Assembly: GCA_963666485.2 (NCBI GenBank)
Contig: CAXXUO010000004.1
Span: 224,001 to 288,000, forward strand
DNA length: 64,000 nucleotides
DNA from: Syntrophorhabdaceae bacterium
GTDB taxonomy: Bacteria > Desulfobacterota > Syntrophorhabdia > Syntrophorhabdales > Syntrophorhabdaceae
Direction of reading: 5' to 3'
Shown: positions 9,026-18,849 of the stretch, in pieces
Numbering within the stretch: the stretch's first letter is position 1
How the letters are laid out: each line of letters starts with the position of its first letter
Made by a program: the position numbers and the translations under genes
Notes under the pieces: generated by a model
The model's input: the letters and a program-made list of their open reading frames with translations, nothing else
The model's database searches: none
Told to the model about the DNA's origin: nothing

Positions 9026-9493
9026 TCATTCCCGGCCGGGAGGCTTCGGACGTTCCTGCTTACCCGCCGTCCAGCCTTCGGACGCATCCGGAAAACAGTC
9101 AAAGCGCGGGATGTAGGGCTTTATGTCGATGAGAGGCGTCCCATCGAGCACGTCAACGCCCCGGACAACAAGTCTGTTGCCGATCCGTTCGTCCAGCCGG
9201 ACCACCGTAAAACCGATGCTGTTGGGCCGCGAAGGATGGCGGCACGCAAAGACCCCGTGCGGCTCGTCATCAAGGAACGTATTCCGTATCAACTCACCCG
9301 GCGCAGTCCGGTCAAAAACATAGATCAGGAACAGGTGCGAAAAAAGCTCGATGTCCTTAAGCCCCTCTTCGAATTCGGGAAAAACCTCGATCTCGCCCCG
9401 TGCGTCCGGGCGGAATGTCCCCTGGATCGGGGCCTCCTCCTTTGTTATGAACGGGGAATGGATGATGCCGACAGGCTTTAGCTGAAATACCAT
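9026..9493 (-). CDS. tsaA: tRNA m6t6A37 methyltransferase TrmO/TsaA family
   Basis: LKPVGIIHSPF, GVFACRHPSRPNSIG, GVDVLDGTPLIDIKPY. Confidence 0.9.
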   Translation of the reverse strand: MVFQLKPVGIIHSPFITKEEAPIQGTFRPDARGEIEVFPEFEEGLKDIELFSHLFLIYVFDRTAPGELIRNTFLDDEPHGVFACRHPSRPNSIGFTVVRLDERIGNRLVVRGVDVLDGTPLIDIKPYIPRFDCFPDASEGWTAGKQERPKPPGRE

Positions 9494-9571
9494 GTGCTCG
9501 TGATCTTATACCAGATTTGCGCAGATTTTCCTATGCATCTTCGTTTTGCTCCATCAGGCGCCAGGGGAATT

Positions 9572-10858
9572 TTATCTGTCTTGTTCCTGCCCGAAAGCAA
9601 GTCTGAATGTCGTTCCACGGTCCCGTATAAGCTCTATGGAGCCTTCGAGCTGTTCGGCGAGCGTCACGACGAGCTGCATTCCCAGTGATTCCGTCTGTGT
9701 AAAATCGAGATCCTCCGGGAAGCCGACCCCGTCATCTGTCACCGACAGTTCGTACCGGTCGGGGCGCCTTTCGAGCTTGACTGTTATAGTCCCCTGCATG
9801 TCCGCCGGGAAAGCGTGCTTCATTGCATTCGAAAAGAGTTCATTCACGATAAGACCGAGCGGTATCGTTGTGTCTATGTCGAAGAAGAAATCCCCGATAT
9901 CCTTCGCAATGGCGATGCCATCATGGTACCCTTCGTACGATCTGACGAGATCTGTGAGAAGATCGTCGGCGTACTCCCTGAAATTGATGCGGGCAAGGTC
10001 TGAGGACCGGTACAGCTTGTTGTGGATCAGGGACATGACCTGGATCCGCTTGCGGCATTCGTCCATCATGACCCGCACCGCGCTGTCATCGACCATGCCC
10101 GATTGCAGGTTGATGATGCTGGCCACAACCATGAGGTTGTTCTTCACCCGGTGATGGATCTCCTTGAGAAGGACCTCTTTTTCTTTCAATGATTCCTGCA
10201 AGGCGGATTCCGCCTTCCTGAGTTCGGTGATATCGCGGGCCGCCGCAAAAACACCTGTTACATGCCCCTCATCATCTTTGTATACGGATGCATTGTACAG
10301 GACCGGGATTGAGCTGCCGTCAGTGTGCTTCAGTTCGAGCCCGTAATCCTGGACCTGTCCCTCTTCGAACACCTTTATATAGCCTGCCCGGGCCTTCTGA
10401 GGGTCGGTGAAATAATCAGCGAAGTTCGTCCCGATAAGGGCCTGCCGGGTAAGCCCGGTCGCCTTTTCCGTCGCGCTGTTGACATCCGTGATCGTGCCGT
10501 CCGGCCCTATCGTAACGAGGGGATCGAGGCTCGCTTCGATCAGGCTGCGGTTGTAGGCAAATGCCGTCAGGACGGCCTTTTCCGCCTCCCGGGTCTCGCG
10601 GAACATGCGGCTCATCAGCAAAACCCCCAGGAAGAACACAAACGAGATGATAAGCGTCAAGACCTCGGCGCTGGCCAGTTCCCTGTTCGTTCTCATAAAT
10701 TGGCCAAGCGTTGCCGAGCGGCGGGCGACGATGAGAAGTGACGATACGGCGATCAGGAGCCACGGGAGCCGGCGCGGTGCGAACCGCAGCTGCATCACGG
10801 CAACGATCCCGGCAACAGCCTGCAGTACGATCCCGAGGATATATATTGTTGCGCTCAT
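9572..10858 (-). CDS. Membrane PAS-domain sensor histidine kinase (HisKA_2 type)
   Basis: Three TM segments, PAS, EIHHRVKNNL H-box, NELFSNAMKHAF, DDGVG, SLGMQLV; start probably ATG 10858. Confidence 0.9.
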   Translation of the reverse strand: MSATIYILGIVLQAVAGIVAVMQLRFAPRRLPWLLIAVSSLLIVARRSATLGQFMRTNRELASAEVLTLIISFVFFLGVLLMSRMFRETREAEKAVLTAFAYNRSLIEASLDPLVTIGPDGTITDVNSATEKATGLTRQALIGTNFADYFTDPQKARAGYIKVFEEGQVQDYGLELKHTDGSSIPVLYNASVYKDDEGHVTGVFAAARDITELRKAESALQESLKEKEVLLKEIHHRVKNNLMVVASIINLQSGMVDDSAVRVMMDECRKRIQVMSLIHNKLYRSSDLARINFREYADDLLTDLVRSYEGYHDGIAIAKDIGDFFFDIDTTIPLGLIVNELFSNAMKHAFPADMQGTITVKLERRPDRYELSVTDDGVGFPEDLDFTQTESLGMQLVVTLAEQLEGSIELIRDRGTTFRLAFGQEQDR

Positions 10859-10962
10859 ATTCACGATCCCGAGACTGTAATACAACGCATTACTTTACTA
10901 TTATCGCCACATACCAAAAACAATTAAGGAATAACATAACAGCGTGCGCAGAATTATCCCTC

Positions 10963-10981
10963 TTATGGTACTATACCATAA
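10963..10981. promoter_or_regulatory. Palindrome, possible operator
   Basis: TTATGGTA-N3-TACCATAA perfect 8-bp inverted repeat in an AT-rich intergenic region. Confidence 0.4.
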
Positions 10982-11055
10982 AAAAGCGGACAACAACCCG
11001 GAAACACGTAAGGCCCGACCAGCGTAAAAGCATCCCCGGGGGGTGGTCAAGAAAG

Positions 11056-11126
11056 TACCACTTTGGGAAGAAAGGGTGGGTTTCTTCACGCGGCGGGGAG
11101 CCGGTCCTTTTCAGGCCAAAGTGGTA
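11056..11126 (-). ncRNA. Candidate structured RNA (four-way junction), family unknown
   Basis: 11-bp closing stem TACCACTTTGG/CCAAAGTGGTA enclosing three hairpins, including CCU-GAAA-AGG. Confidence 0.4.
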
Positions 11127-11341
11127 GGCATGTGGTAACAATAAAATTATCACAATTCAGCGACAGCGCAAGTGCTGCCACCTGTCAACCCTTGGTAGAC
11201 GAGGATATATGCGTTTTCCATACATTCATTTTTTGTAAATTACACGAAAACGGGAAGAACGGGCCGGTTTGTATTGATACTTCCCTTTTCCTGTGTTATC
11301 CCTATTCCGTGTGTAAACAAATTCAAAACGGGAGGATACAT

Positions 11342-11833
11342 ATGAGCGGATCCGGTCGCATGCTGTGCCTGGTGTTTATCGCTATGGCCATCGTCTTGTC
11401 CTGCAACGGCGCAGGGTTGGCCCAGGGGAAGATAGATTCCTGCGGCTTCCTGACTAAGACCGATATAAAAGATGTTACCGGCCAGAACGTGGGCGACGGC
11501 AAACTCAACACCAAGGCAAACCCGCTCGTAGGGTTCCCCTGTGAATACTCGGCCGCCTCAGGCGGCAAGGTCAGTATCCTCGTAAAAACCGCGGGGCCGG
11601 GAGAAAACGCCGACAAGGTTTCTGCTGAATTAAAAAAGATGAAGATCCCCGTATCCGACGCCCCGGGGATCGGGGACCGCTCGTTTTTCTCGAGCCCGGG
11701 CTTCGGGATGATCCAGCTGAACACCTTCAAGGGCTCCCGGTATTATATCATCACGATGCTTTTGCCCGGGTCATCCGAAACGGCACAGAAAACTGCCGCG
11801 GAAAAACTTATGCGCAAGGCGTTGACGAAATAA
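11342..11833 (+). CDS. Exported hypothetical protein
   Basis: GGAGG RBS, ATG 11342, signal peptide, DSCGFLT...CEY...PGIGDRSF pattern. Confidence 0.75.
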   Translation: MSGSGRMLCLVFIAMAIVLSCNGAGLAQGKIDSCGFLTKTDIKDVTGQNVGDGKLNTKANPLVGFPCEYSAASGGKVSILVKTAGPGENADKVSAELKKMKIPVSDAPGIGDRSFFSSPGFGMIQLNTFKGSRYYIITMLLPGSSETAQKTAAEKLMRKALTK

Positions 11834-12946
11834 TTACGCGGTTTTCATGTATGACCGGACGGTCTGGCGGGCCTTTTCCATATCCGCGGCGAGCGCGGCG
11901 GTCACGAGATCTGACAGGCTGCCGGTGAAACCCGTTATTTTTTGGTATTCGGCCCTGACCCGCAGATACTGGGGATTGGGGCTGTTCATCCCCATGACGT
12001 TGCTTATGAGGTCCGCCAGGCAGATGACGGCACAGTACTTCCGGATGGCATCCGGGACCTGCTCGGGCGGGACAAAACACGGTGCATGATGCTGTTCCAC
12101 GCAATCGCTGATGAGGTGGGGAAGCCGCCATTGCTCAGCGATGATCCCCCCGATCACGGCATGGTTGATCCCGTACTGCCTGTCCTCGCGCACCACCCCG
12201 ACAAAACCCTGCCCGTCCCCATCCGGCCGGAAGATCGCATCAAGAAAGAATTTCCCGATATCGTGCAGAAGGCCGATCGTCCCGAGCGTATATTCGGGAA
12301 GGTGGAACACCCTTCCGAGATGGCCCGCCGCGGCGGACACGACCGCCGAATGGGTCCATATCATGGCGTAACTTTCCCGGTCACGGTCGCGCACCGCCGG
12401 GACGGAATTGCCGAGCAGGTCTTCGAGAACAAGCGTCCGGACATTGTTGTACCCGAGGAGCGTTATCGCCCTTCCGATCGATGTGACCTTTTCCGTCTGG
12501 CGAAAATATGCCGAATTCACCGTCTGCAGCACCTTGGCCGAAAATGAGGGGTTTGTCGACACGAGGGATATCACTTCGCGCGTATTCGATTCAGGGTTCT
12601 GCAAAAGGCTGAGCAGGCTCAAAGACGGGGTGCCGACGGGGATATTCGATATCTGGCTGACAAGCATCGTCCTCATACCCGCGTCCACCATCGGGGATGT
12701 CAGGGGGAACACGCCTTCACCGGCGGATACGAACGGGATATCCCGAAGCAGGGGATAGGTTTCCATTATCGCCGCTTTTTCGTTGTACGCCGCAGCGCCG
12801 GCGCTGTCACCCGCATCGGGTTCCTTCCTTTTCGGACCTCGGTCCGGCGGCGGTTCAGGCTCTTGAGTGCCCGGCGCCCTCCCGCGGAAATAAAGGATCA
12901 ACCCGATAACGATGATCAAAGCGAGTATTATATAGATTACCGTCAC
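11834..12946 (-). CDS. Membrane-anchored HDOD domain protein
   Basis: N-terminal TM, KVLQTVNSAYF, GLLHDIGK, GINHAVIG...W.LP; start probably GTG 12946. Confidence 0.88.
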   Translation of the reverse strand: MTVIYIILALIIVIGLILYFRGRAPGTQEPEPPPDRGPKRKEPDAGDSAGAAAYNEKAAIMETYPLLRDIPFVSAGEGVFPLTSPMVDAGMRTMLVSQISNIPVGTPSLSLLSLLQNPESNTREVISLVSTNPSFSAKVLQTVNSAYFRQTEKVTSIGRAITLLGYNNVRTLVLEDLLGNSVPAVRDRDRESYAMIWTHSAVVSAAAGHLGRVFHLPEYTLGTIGLLHDIGKFFLDAIFRPDGDGQGFVGVVREDRQYGINHAVIGGIIAEQWRLPHLISDCVEQHHAPCFVPPEQVPDAIRKYCAVICLADLISNVMGMNSPNPQYLRVRAEYQKITGFTGSLSDLVTAALAADMEKARQTVRSYMKTA

Positions 12947-13100
12947 CCTAGGCGGCTCCAATGGACAGGATACTATTCCGGATTTAATTCTGCAATCGTT
13001 ATTAGCGCAAAATGCGCTTGCGGGGTGCGCCGGATAACCTTGACAGGCCGGTGGATGGCGTGGCAAAAAATAAAGACAGGAAGATGCGAAAGGAGAACCC

Positions 13101-13847
13101 ATGAAAATTGAAGACGTACGGAAAAGTTTCGCGATGCCCGTCACCAGCCCGTCTTTTTCGCGGGGGCCCTACCGGTTCCGCGACCGGGAATACCTGATCA
13201 TCGAATACGAAACGGACATGGCTGCACTGAGGGAAGCTGTTCCCGAACCCCTCCAGATAGAAAGGCCGGCGGTCAAGTACGAGTTTATAAAAATGCCGGA
13301 TTCGGACGGGTTCGGCTCCTACGCGGAATCTGGACAGGTCATTCCCGTGCGTTTTAACGGCGTCTCAGGCAATTACCTCCACTCCATGTACCTCGACGAC
13401 ATATCCCCGATCGTGGGCGGCCGGGAGGTATGGGGTTTCCCGAAAAAATACGCCCATCCCGAGATGCGCGTCGACCGTGTCAACAAGGACTGTTATATCG
13501 GTATCCTGAAATATGGCGAACTGGAAGTGGCGAGGGCCACGATGGCATACAAATGGCGGCAGCTGGACAACGAACCTGTGCGCAGGGCGGTGGATGCCAC
13601 GCCAAACTTCCTCCTCAAGGTCATCCCCGACGTTGACGGCGCACCGAAGATCTGCCAGCTCGTTCAGTATCCCCTGACGGATGTCACGATCAAGGAAACG
13701 TGGACCGGACCCGCGTCCCTGCAGCTATTCGCTCACTGCCTGGCGCCCGTTGCCGACCTGCCGGTCAGGCGTATTGTTGGTGCGACGCACTTCATCGGCG
13801 ACATGACGATCGGGCCGGGAAAGGTTGTCTACGATTACCTCGCCTAG
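13101..13847 (+). CDS. adc: Acetoacetate decarboxylase
   Basis: FAMPVTSPSF.RGPYRF.DREY, ESGQVIPV, GREVWGFPKK (Schiff-base Lys); AAGGAG RBS. Confidence 0.9.
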   Translation: MKIEDVRKSFAMPVTSPSFSRGPYRFRDREYLIIEYETDMAALREAVPEPLQIERPAVKYEFIKMPDSDGFGSYAESGQVIPVRFNGVSGNYLHSMYLDDISPIVGGREVWGFPKKYAHPEMRVDRVNKDCYIGILKYGELEVARATMAYKWRQLDNEPVRRAVDATPNFLLKVIPDVDGAPKICQLVQYPLTDVTIKETWTGPASLQLFAHCLAPVADLPVRRIVGATHFIGDMTIGPGKVVYDYLA

Positions 13848-14773
13848 TCTTTTTGCCTGTCCTTTTCGAGGAAGTGCAGCAAGGTCCCGGTCCTGAGCTT
13901 CACCATCTTTTCCTTCATTTCAGGGGTCCAGTCATAGAACCCCCTGCCGGACTTGAGGCCAAGATCGCCTTTTTCCACGAGGTCCCGCATCAGTTTCGAG
14001 GGCTCGGACGAATTGCACAGGACAGGGAACAGGTAGGTGGATATGATATGGAAGATGTCGAGGCCCCCCATGTCCGCACTTAAGAGCGGGCCGGTGACGG
14101 GCAGCCGCCTTCCATGCCCGTACGTCATCGACCTGTCGACCTCTTCGATGTCCGCATACCCCTCTTCGACTATGTAGAGCGCCTCCCTCAGGAGCGCAAG
14201 CTGGAGCCTGTTGCCGATAAATCCCGGGCATTCCTTCTTGAGGCGGACAGGCTCTTTGCCGAGCGACCTCACCCATTCCACGGTCGCATCGACGACCTCC
14301 CGGGACGTTCGCTCGCCCGGGACGACCTCGACGAGCGGGATGAGCTGGGGAGGGTTCCAAAAATGCGCGACGACGACCCTGTCCGGAAAGGCCAGGCCCT
14401 TCGCAATTTCCGTGGGGCTCAGGCCCGACGTGTTCGTCGCGAGGATGACCCCGGGAGGGCATGTGCCGTCGAGCTCTTTGAACACCTTTTTCTTGAATCC
14501 GAGGTCCTCGGGGAGGCATTCAACAACGATGCCGGCCGGCCTTGCCGCATCACTGATGGATGTCAGGCCTTCGATCCTTCCCAGGATAGCGCGGGATTCC
14601 CCGCCTGTTTTCCCTGAGGCAGCAAGGCTTGTCGCGATGGCCCCTTTTGCCCGTTCAAGGACCTCTTCCGAAACATCGCACAATATGACACGGGAACCGG
14701 CCCCGGCTGCCAGCTGGGCTATTCCATGCCCCATTGTCCCTGCCCCCAGTACAGCAACGGTCTCGATCTTCAT
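13844..14773 (-). CDS. 3-hydroxyacyl-CoA (3-hydroxybutyryl-CoA) dehydrogenase
   Basis: GAGTMGHGIA, ATNTSGL, HFWNPP, GFIGNRL, LGLKSGRGFY. Confidence 0.92.
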   Translation of the reverse strand: MKIETVAVLGAGTMGHGIAQLAAGAGSRVILCDVSEEVLERAKGAIATSLAASGKTGGESRAILGRIEGLTSISDAARPAGIVVECLPEDLGFKKKVFKELDGTCPPGVILATNTSGLSPTEIAKGLAFPDRVVVAHFWNPPQLIPLVEVVPGERTSREVVDATVEWVRSLGKEPVRLKKECPGFIGNRLQLALLREALYIVEEGYADIEEVDRSMTYGHGRRLPVTGPLLSADMGGLDIFHIISTYLFPVLCNSSEPSKLMRDLVEKGDLGLKSGRGFYDWTPEMKEKMVKLRTGTLLHFLEKDRQKD

Positions 14774-14800
14774 ATATCCCTCCTGCCCTGCATGGCTTAT

Positions 14801-15955
14801 TTATTCCATCGAAATGCCGAACTCGTATGCTTCGAGCAGCGCGCCCTTCAACAGCTCCCGCGTGACCTCAAACGGTTCGTAGTGGATAAAGAACACGTTC
14901 AGGCTCGTGTCGACTATGTCTTCAAGCCCGGTGCTGCGGACGTGCGGGTCAAAACCCAGCTGCCTGAGGCTGAGCGGCAGGCCGACATTGCGGAAGAACC
15001 GCGCAGCGTCTGCGGCCTCGTCCATTCTCTTTTCCATGATGAGCTGTGCCATGACGCCTATCGCCACCAGTTCCCCGTGCAGACAGTTGTGATGCAGTTC
15101 AGGTACGGCCGTCAGCCCCTGCGCCACACCGTGGGCCCCTGCCAGGCCGCCGCTTTCGAATCCCAACCCGCTCAGAAGGATATTGGCCTCCACGATGCGC
15201 GCGACATGCTCGCCGGCACTGCCGCCCCGGATCTCGTCGAGCGCGGCGGTACCGTGTTCGACAAGGGCATCGCGGCACTGACGGGCGATCGCGAGGGCGG
15301 CCATCGTAGGCCGTGCCCCGCGGGCTGTCAGCGCCTGCGGGTTTTCCATGCAGCAGCGTGCTTCATAAAAGGTCGAGAAAGCGTCGCCCATCCCGGCTAT
15401 GATATATCGGGCGGGCGCAGCGCTGAGCACATCGAGATCGGCAATGACCATCAGCGGATTCGTTGCATGGAACTCGATGCCGGCAAAGGTGCCCCCTGCG
15501 TCATAGATCACCGAGTGGGCGGCTGTCGGGGCATCTGTCGATGCGGTGGTAGGCACGGTGACGACCGGGACAGAGAGTCTTGCGGCGGCCATTCTCGCCG
15601 TATCCAGGCATTTGCCCCCGCCAACACCGATAAGAACATGAATGTCGGACGCCGAACCGCCAAAGGACCGGACCACCCTTTCGACCTCGTCGAGCGTTGA
15701 CTCGCCCTCAAAGATGGTCTTTTTGACACGGAAGCCGGCCGCCGTCAGGCTTGCGGCAATAATATCACCCAGGGAGCGGTCGCGGCCCGGGGTGATCAAT
15801 ACTCCTGCCGTTCCGGATGCACACAGCGACAGGTACCGGCCAAGGCGTTCGATAACGCCCCGTCCCTGTATATATTGGGATGGCGATATAAACAGCTGAA
15901 CGGGCATCCCCATGTCGGGAGAGGCCCGATACACCGCGTTGGGATCTGCAGCCAT
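14801..15955 (-). CDS. gldA: Glycerol dehydrogenase-like metal-dependent alcohol dehydrogenase
   Basis: SPSQYIQG, GVGGGK, PTTASTDAP, GDA, SGLGFESGGLAGAHGV, HGELVA. Confidence 0.85.
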   Translation of the reverse strand: MAADPNAVYRASPDMGMPVQLFISPSQYIQGRGVIERLGRYLSLCASGTAGVLITPGRDRSLGDIIAASLTAAGFRVKKTIFEGESTLDEVERVVRSFGGSASDIHVLIGVGGGKCLDTARMAAARLSVPVVTVPTTASTDAPTAAHSVIYDAGGTFAGIEFHATNPLMVIADLDVLSAAPARYIIAGMGDAFSTFYEARCCMENPQALTARGARPTMAALAIARQCRDALVEHGTAALDEIRGGSAGEHVARIVEANILLSGLGFESGGLAGAHGVAQGLTAVPELHHNCLHGELVAIGVMAQLIMEKRMDEAADAARFFRNVGLPLSLRQLGFDPHVRSTGLEDIVDTSLNVFFIHYEPFEVTRELLKGALLEAYEFGISME

Positions 15956-16027
15956 GCATTACCTCCTGCCGGGACCGGCGTACAGCGAGAGATTCGCGCC
16001 GGTATACCCGGCACACGTCGAGCCTCT

Positions 16028-16056
16028 ATAATATCACTGTCCCTATTTTGAAACAA
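16028..16056 (-). promoter_or_regulatory. Putative sigma70 promoter of the gldA-hbd pair
   Basis: TTGTTT-N17-TATTAT with TGn. Confidence 0.5.
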
Positions 16057-16177
16057 TGTATACACCTTTTGACCAATTTCCGTTGCCAGGCTGCACCACA
16101 CCGACAAATAAAGCTTTAATTATCCCGATATTATGCGATAAAATGCTGGAGGCAGTCCTTCGGGACCATAAAAACCC

Positions 16178-18448
16178 ATGACAATAAACCAATACCCGGG
16201 CCCCACCAATGATGGAGCGGTCTGGCAGGCGCTTATGAATGCCACTCATGAGAGCCTTGTCCTGATCGACAGCACAGGGACCGTTCTCATGTCGAACGAG
16301 ACGGGCGCCCGCAGGCTTGGCCTTACCGTGGAAGAAATGGTCGGGACATGCCTTTACGATCACTTCCCGCCGGATGTCGCCGCGACGAGAAAGAGAGAGT
16401 GGGACAAGGTCTTTTCCACGGGAAAACCCGTTCACTTCCAGGATGCGCGAAACGAAAGGCACTTCGAGCTTTTCTGCTACCCGGTACTGACGAACGGCAC
16501 GGTCGTATCCCAGGCTGCTATTTTCGCGCGTGATATAACAGACAGCAAAAATGCCGGGGAACAGCTTCGAAAAGAACGCGAAACCTTTTTTTCGACCCTG
16601 GAAAAAGCACCCTACGGGATATTCGCGAACGACCAGGAAGGCAATTTCACGGTCATAAATCCCGAAGCCACCAATATCACGGGGTATACCCGCGAAGACA
16701 CGCCGACGGGTTCCGACTGGTTTGCGAAGGCATACCCGAACAGGAACTACAGGAAGAACGTGATCGATACGTGGAAACATGACGTCACCACCCGGGGTAT
16801 TGACAGGACATTTTTCGTCCATTGCAAAGACAGGTCCGTCAAGGAGGTCGAGTTTCGCGCCGCGAAGCTGGCCGACGGCACATCGATCACCATGTTCTCG
16901 GACACAACCGAAAAGAACAGGGCAAAAAGGCAGCTTGCGAAGAGCGAGGAAAAATACCGCGGTATTTTCGAAAATGCGATAATGGGCATCTTTCAAACGA
17001 CGCCTGACGGGAGATACCTGAGCATAAACCCTGCCGGCGCCAGGATGTATGGATACGATTCAGCGAAGGAGATGATCGCTACAGTCACGGACCTTGCCCG
17101 CCAACTGTATGTTGACCCGCACGAAAGAAAGCTGTTGATGGAACTCGTCGGGAAAAACGATATCGTCGAAGGCTTCGAGGCCGAGCATTACCGCAAGGAC
17201 GGCAGCAAGATATGGACCTCGATCAACATCCGCGCCCACAGGAACCGGCAGGGAAAGATACTGAGATTCGATACGACGATCGAGGACATCACAGAACGAA
17301 AACGGCTCGAATCCCGGCTTATACAGGCAGAGAAGATGCAGGCCCTGGGCACGCTCTCGGGCGGGATCGCACACGACTTCAATAACATACTCACCGTTCT
17401 GCAAGGGTACGGTTCGCTCCTTCAGCGAAACATGGACAGATCGGACCCTCTCATCATGTACGTCGACCAGATACTTTCCGCATCCCAGAAGGCGGCAAGC
17501 CTGACCCAGAGCCTGCTCGCCTTCAGCCGGCAGCAGCCCATCACCCTAAACCCCATAAACATCGTTGAAGCTATCCAGAAGACGGAGCATTTACTGAAAA
17601 GGCTCGTCACGGACGATGTCGAGCTGAAGACGACCTATCCCGGGGAAGAGATCGTTGTACGGGCAGACCCGACCCAGATAGACCAGATACTGTTCAACCT
17701 GGCGGCGAATGCCCGGGATGCAATGAAAAACGGCGGGACACTGGCGATCGCAATAACCGCCATCGACGCGGATGCCGAATTCGCCAGGGCCCAGGGGTTC
17801 GGCGAACCCGGGATGTACGCCCTCATTTCGATATCCGACACGGGCTGCGGAATGGATGAAACGACCCGGGCAAAGATCTTCGAGCCGTTCTTTACGACGA
17901 AAGAGGTCGGCAAGGGGACGGGGCTCGGCCTGTCAACCGTCTACGGGATCGTCAAACAGCATGACGGCCATATAACGCTCACAAGCGAGCCGGGCCGGGG
18001 CACGACGTTCAATCTCTATCTTCCGGCCGTGAAGACACATGCTGCCCATACCCGTGAGGAGCCCGCCATGCCGGACCTGACAGGTTCCGAGACGGTCCTC
18101 GTCGCCGAGGACAACGAGGATGTGAGAGGACTGATAACCAGCATCCTGACCGAGCACGGATACGGGGTGATCGAGGCGCAGGACGGTACGGAGGCCATCG
18201 AGAAATTCAAGCAGAACCCCGGGATATCCCTTCTCATCCTCGATTCAGTCATGCCAAAGAAGAATGGAAGGGAAGTATACGAGAAGATAGACGGGTTAGC
18301 ACCCGGGATCAAGGTGATCTTCACCAGCGGGTACACAAAAGATATCGTCCTGGACAAGGGAATACGGGGCCGCGATCTCGAGTTCGTTGCCAAACCCTTA
18401 AAGCCCGTGGACCTGCTCCAGAAGATACGCGAAGTGCTCGACCGGTAA
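16178..18448 (+). CDS. Cytoplasmic multi-PAS hybrid histidine kinase with receiver domain
   Basis: Three PAS domains, [29 protein letters not shown]-terminal REC. Confidence 0.95.
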   Translation: MTINQYPGPTNDGAVWQALMNATHESLVLIDSTGTVLMSNETGARRLGLTVEEMVGTCLYDHFPPDVAATRKREWDKVFSTGKPVHFQDARNERHFELFCYPVLTNGTVVSQAAIFARDITDSKNAGEQLRKERETFFSTLEKAPYGIFANDQEGNFTVINPEATNITGYTREDTPTGSDWFAKAYPNRNYRKNVIDTWKHDVTTRGIDRTFFVHCKDRSVKEVEFRAAKLADGTSITMFSDTTEKNRAKRQLAKSEEKYRGIFENAIMGIFQTTPDGRYLSINPAGARMYGYDSAKEMIATVTDLARQLYVDPHERKLLMELVGKNDIVEGFEAEHYRKDGSKIWTSINIRAHRNRQGKILRFDTTIEDITERKRLESRLIQAEKMQALGTLSGGIAHDFNNILTVLQGYGSLLQRNMDRSDPLIMYVDQILSASQKAASLTQSLLAFSRQQPITLNPINIVEAIQKTEHLLKRLVTDDVELKTTYPGEEIVVRADPTQIDQILFNLAANARDAMKNGGTLAIAITAIDADAEFARAQGFGEPGMYALISISDTGCGMDETTRAKIFEPFFTTKEVGKGTGLGLSTVYGIVKQHDGHITLTSEPGRGTTFNLYLPAVKTHAAHTREEPAMPDLTGSETVLVAEDNEDVRGLITSILTEHGYGVIEAQDGTEAIEKFKQNPGISLLILDSVMPKKNGREVYEKIDGLAPGIKVIFTSGYTKDIVLDKGIRGRDLEFVAKPLKPVDLLQKIREVLDR

Positions 18449-18455
18449 CACATTC

Positions 18456-18808
18456 AAAAAACTCTCTCTCGCCCGTTCGTCGCTTGCGCTCCTCTCTAGA
18501 GTTCACAGAGCTCGCGGAGAAAGGCGGAGGCCGCGGGAGCCCGGAGCCTTACCATTGCCACCCGCCAATAGCAAGCTCGGAGGCGGGTACCCGGCTATCA
18601 GGGCGGCATCTTCGATCCTGCCTTTCGGCAGGATGGACCGCTTGGAGTATTAATTTCCTTGTATTGTTTATTTCTTTTCCTCGGCGAAGCCGACGAAAGT
18701 GCCGGCTGGTCGTGGTCGGCTCCGCGACCAGCCGGCAAAGTCTTTCCCCTTCGCAGTTCTCTGTGTTCTCTGTGAGCTCGAGCGAAGCGGGCGAGAGAGT
18801 GTTTTTTT
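18456..18808. repeat. Inverted-repeat-bounded multi-hairpin element (MITE-like)
   Basis: Ends CTCTCTCGCCCG...TCACAGAG and CTCTGTGA...CGGGCGAGAGAG; at least four internal hairpins. Confidence 0.6.
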
Positions 18809-18849
18809 CCTCTTATCTATCTTTCACAAAGACGCATGGACGGCGGGCT

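Noticed and set aside
11056..11126. tRNA or hammerhead ribozyme
   Set aside because: Cloverleaf-like but lacks the T-loop (TTC) and D-loop consensus and has an 11-bp closing stem; CUGAAAA does not fit the hammerhead CUGANGA core.
11167..11181. sigma54 promoter (TGGCAGCACTTGC on the minus strand)
   Set aside because: The GG to TTGC spacing is 2 nt short of the strict -24/-12 requirement.
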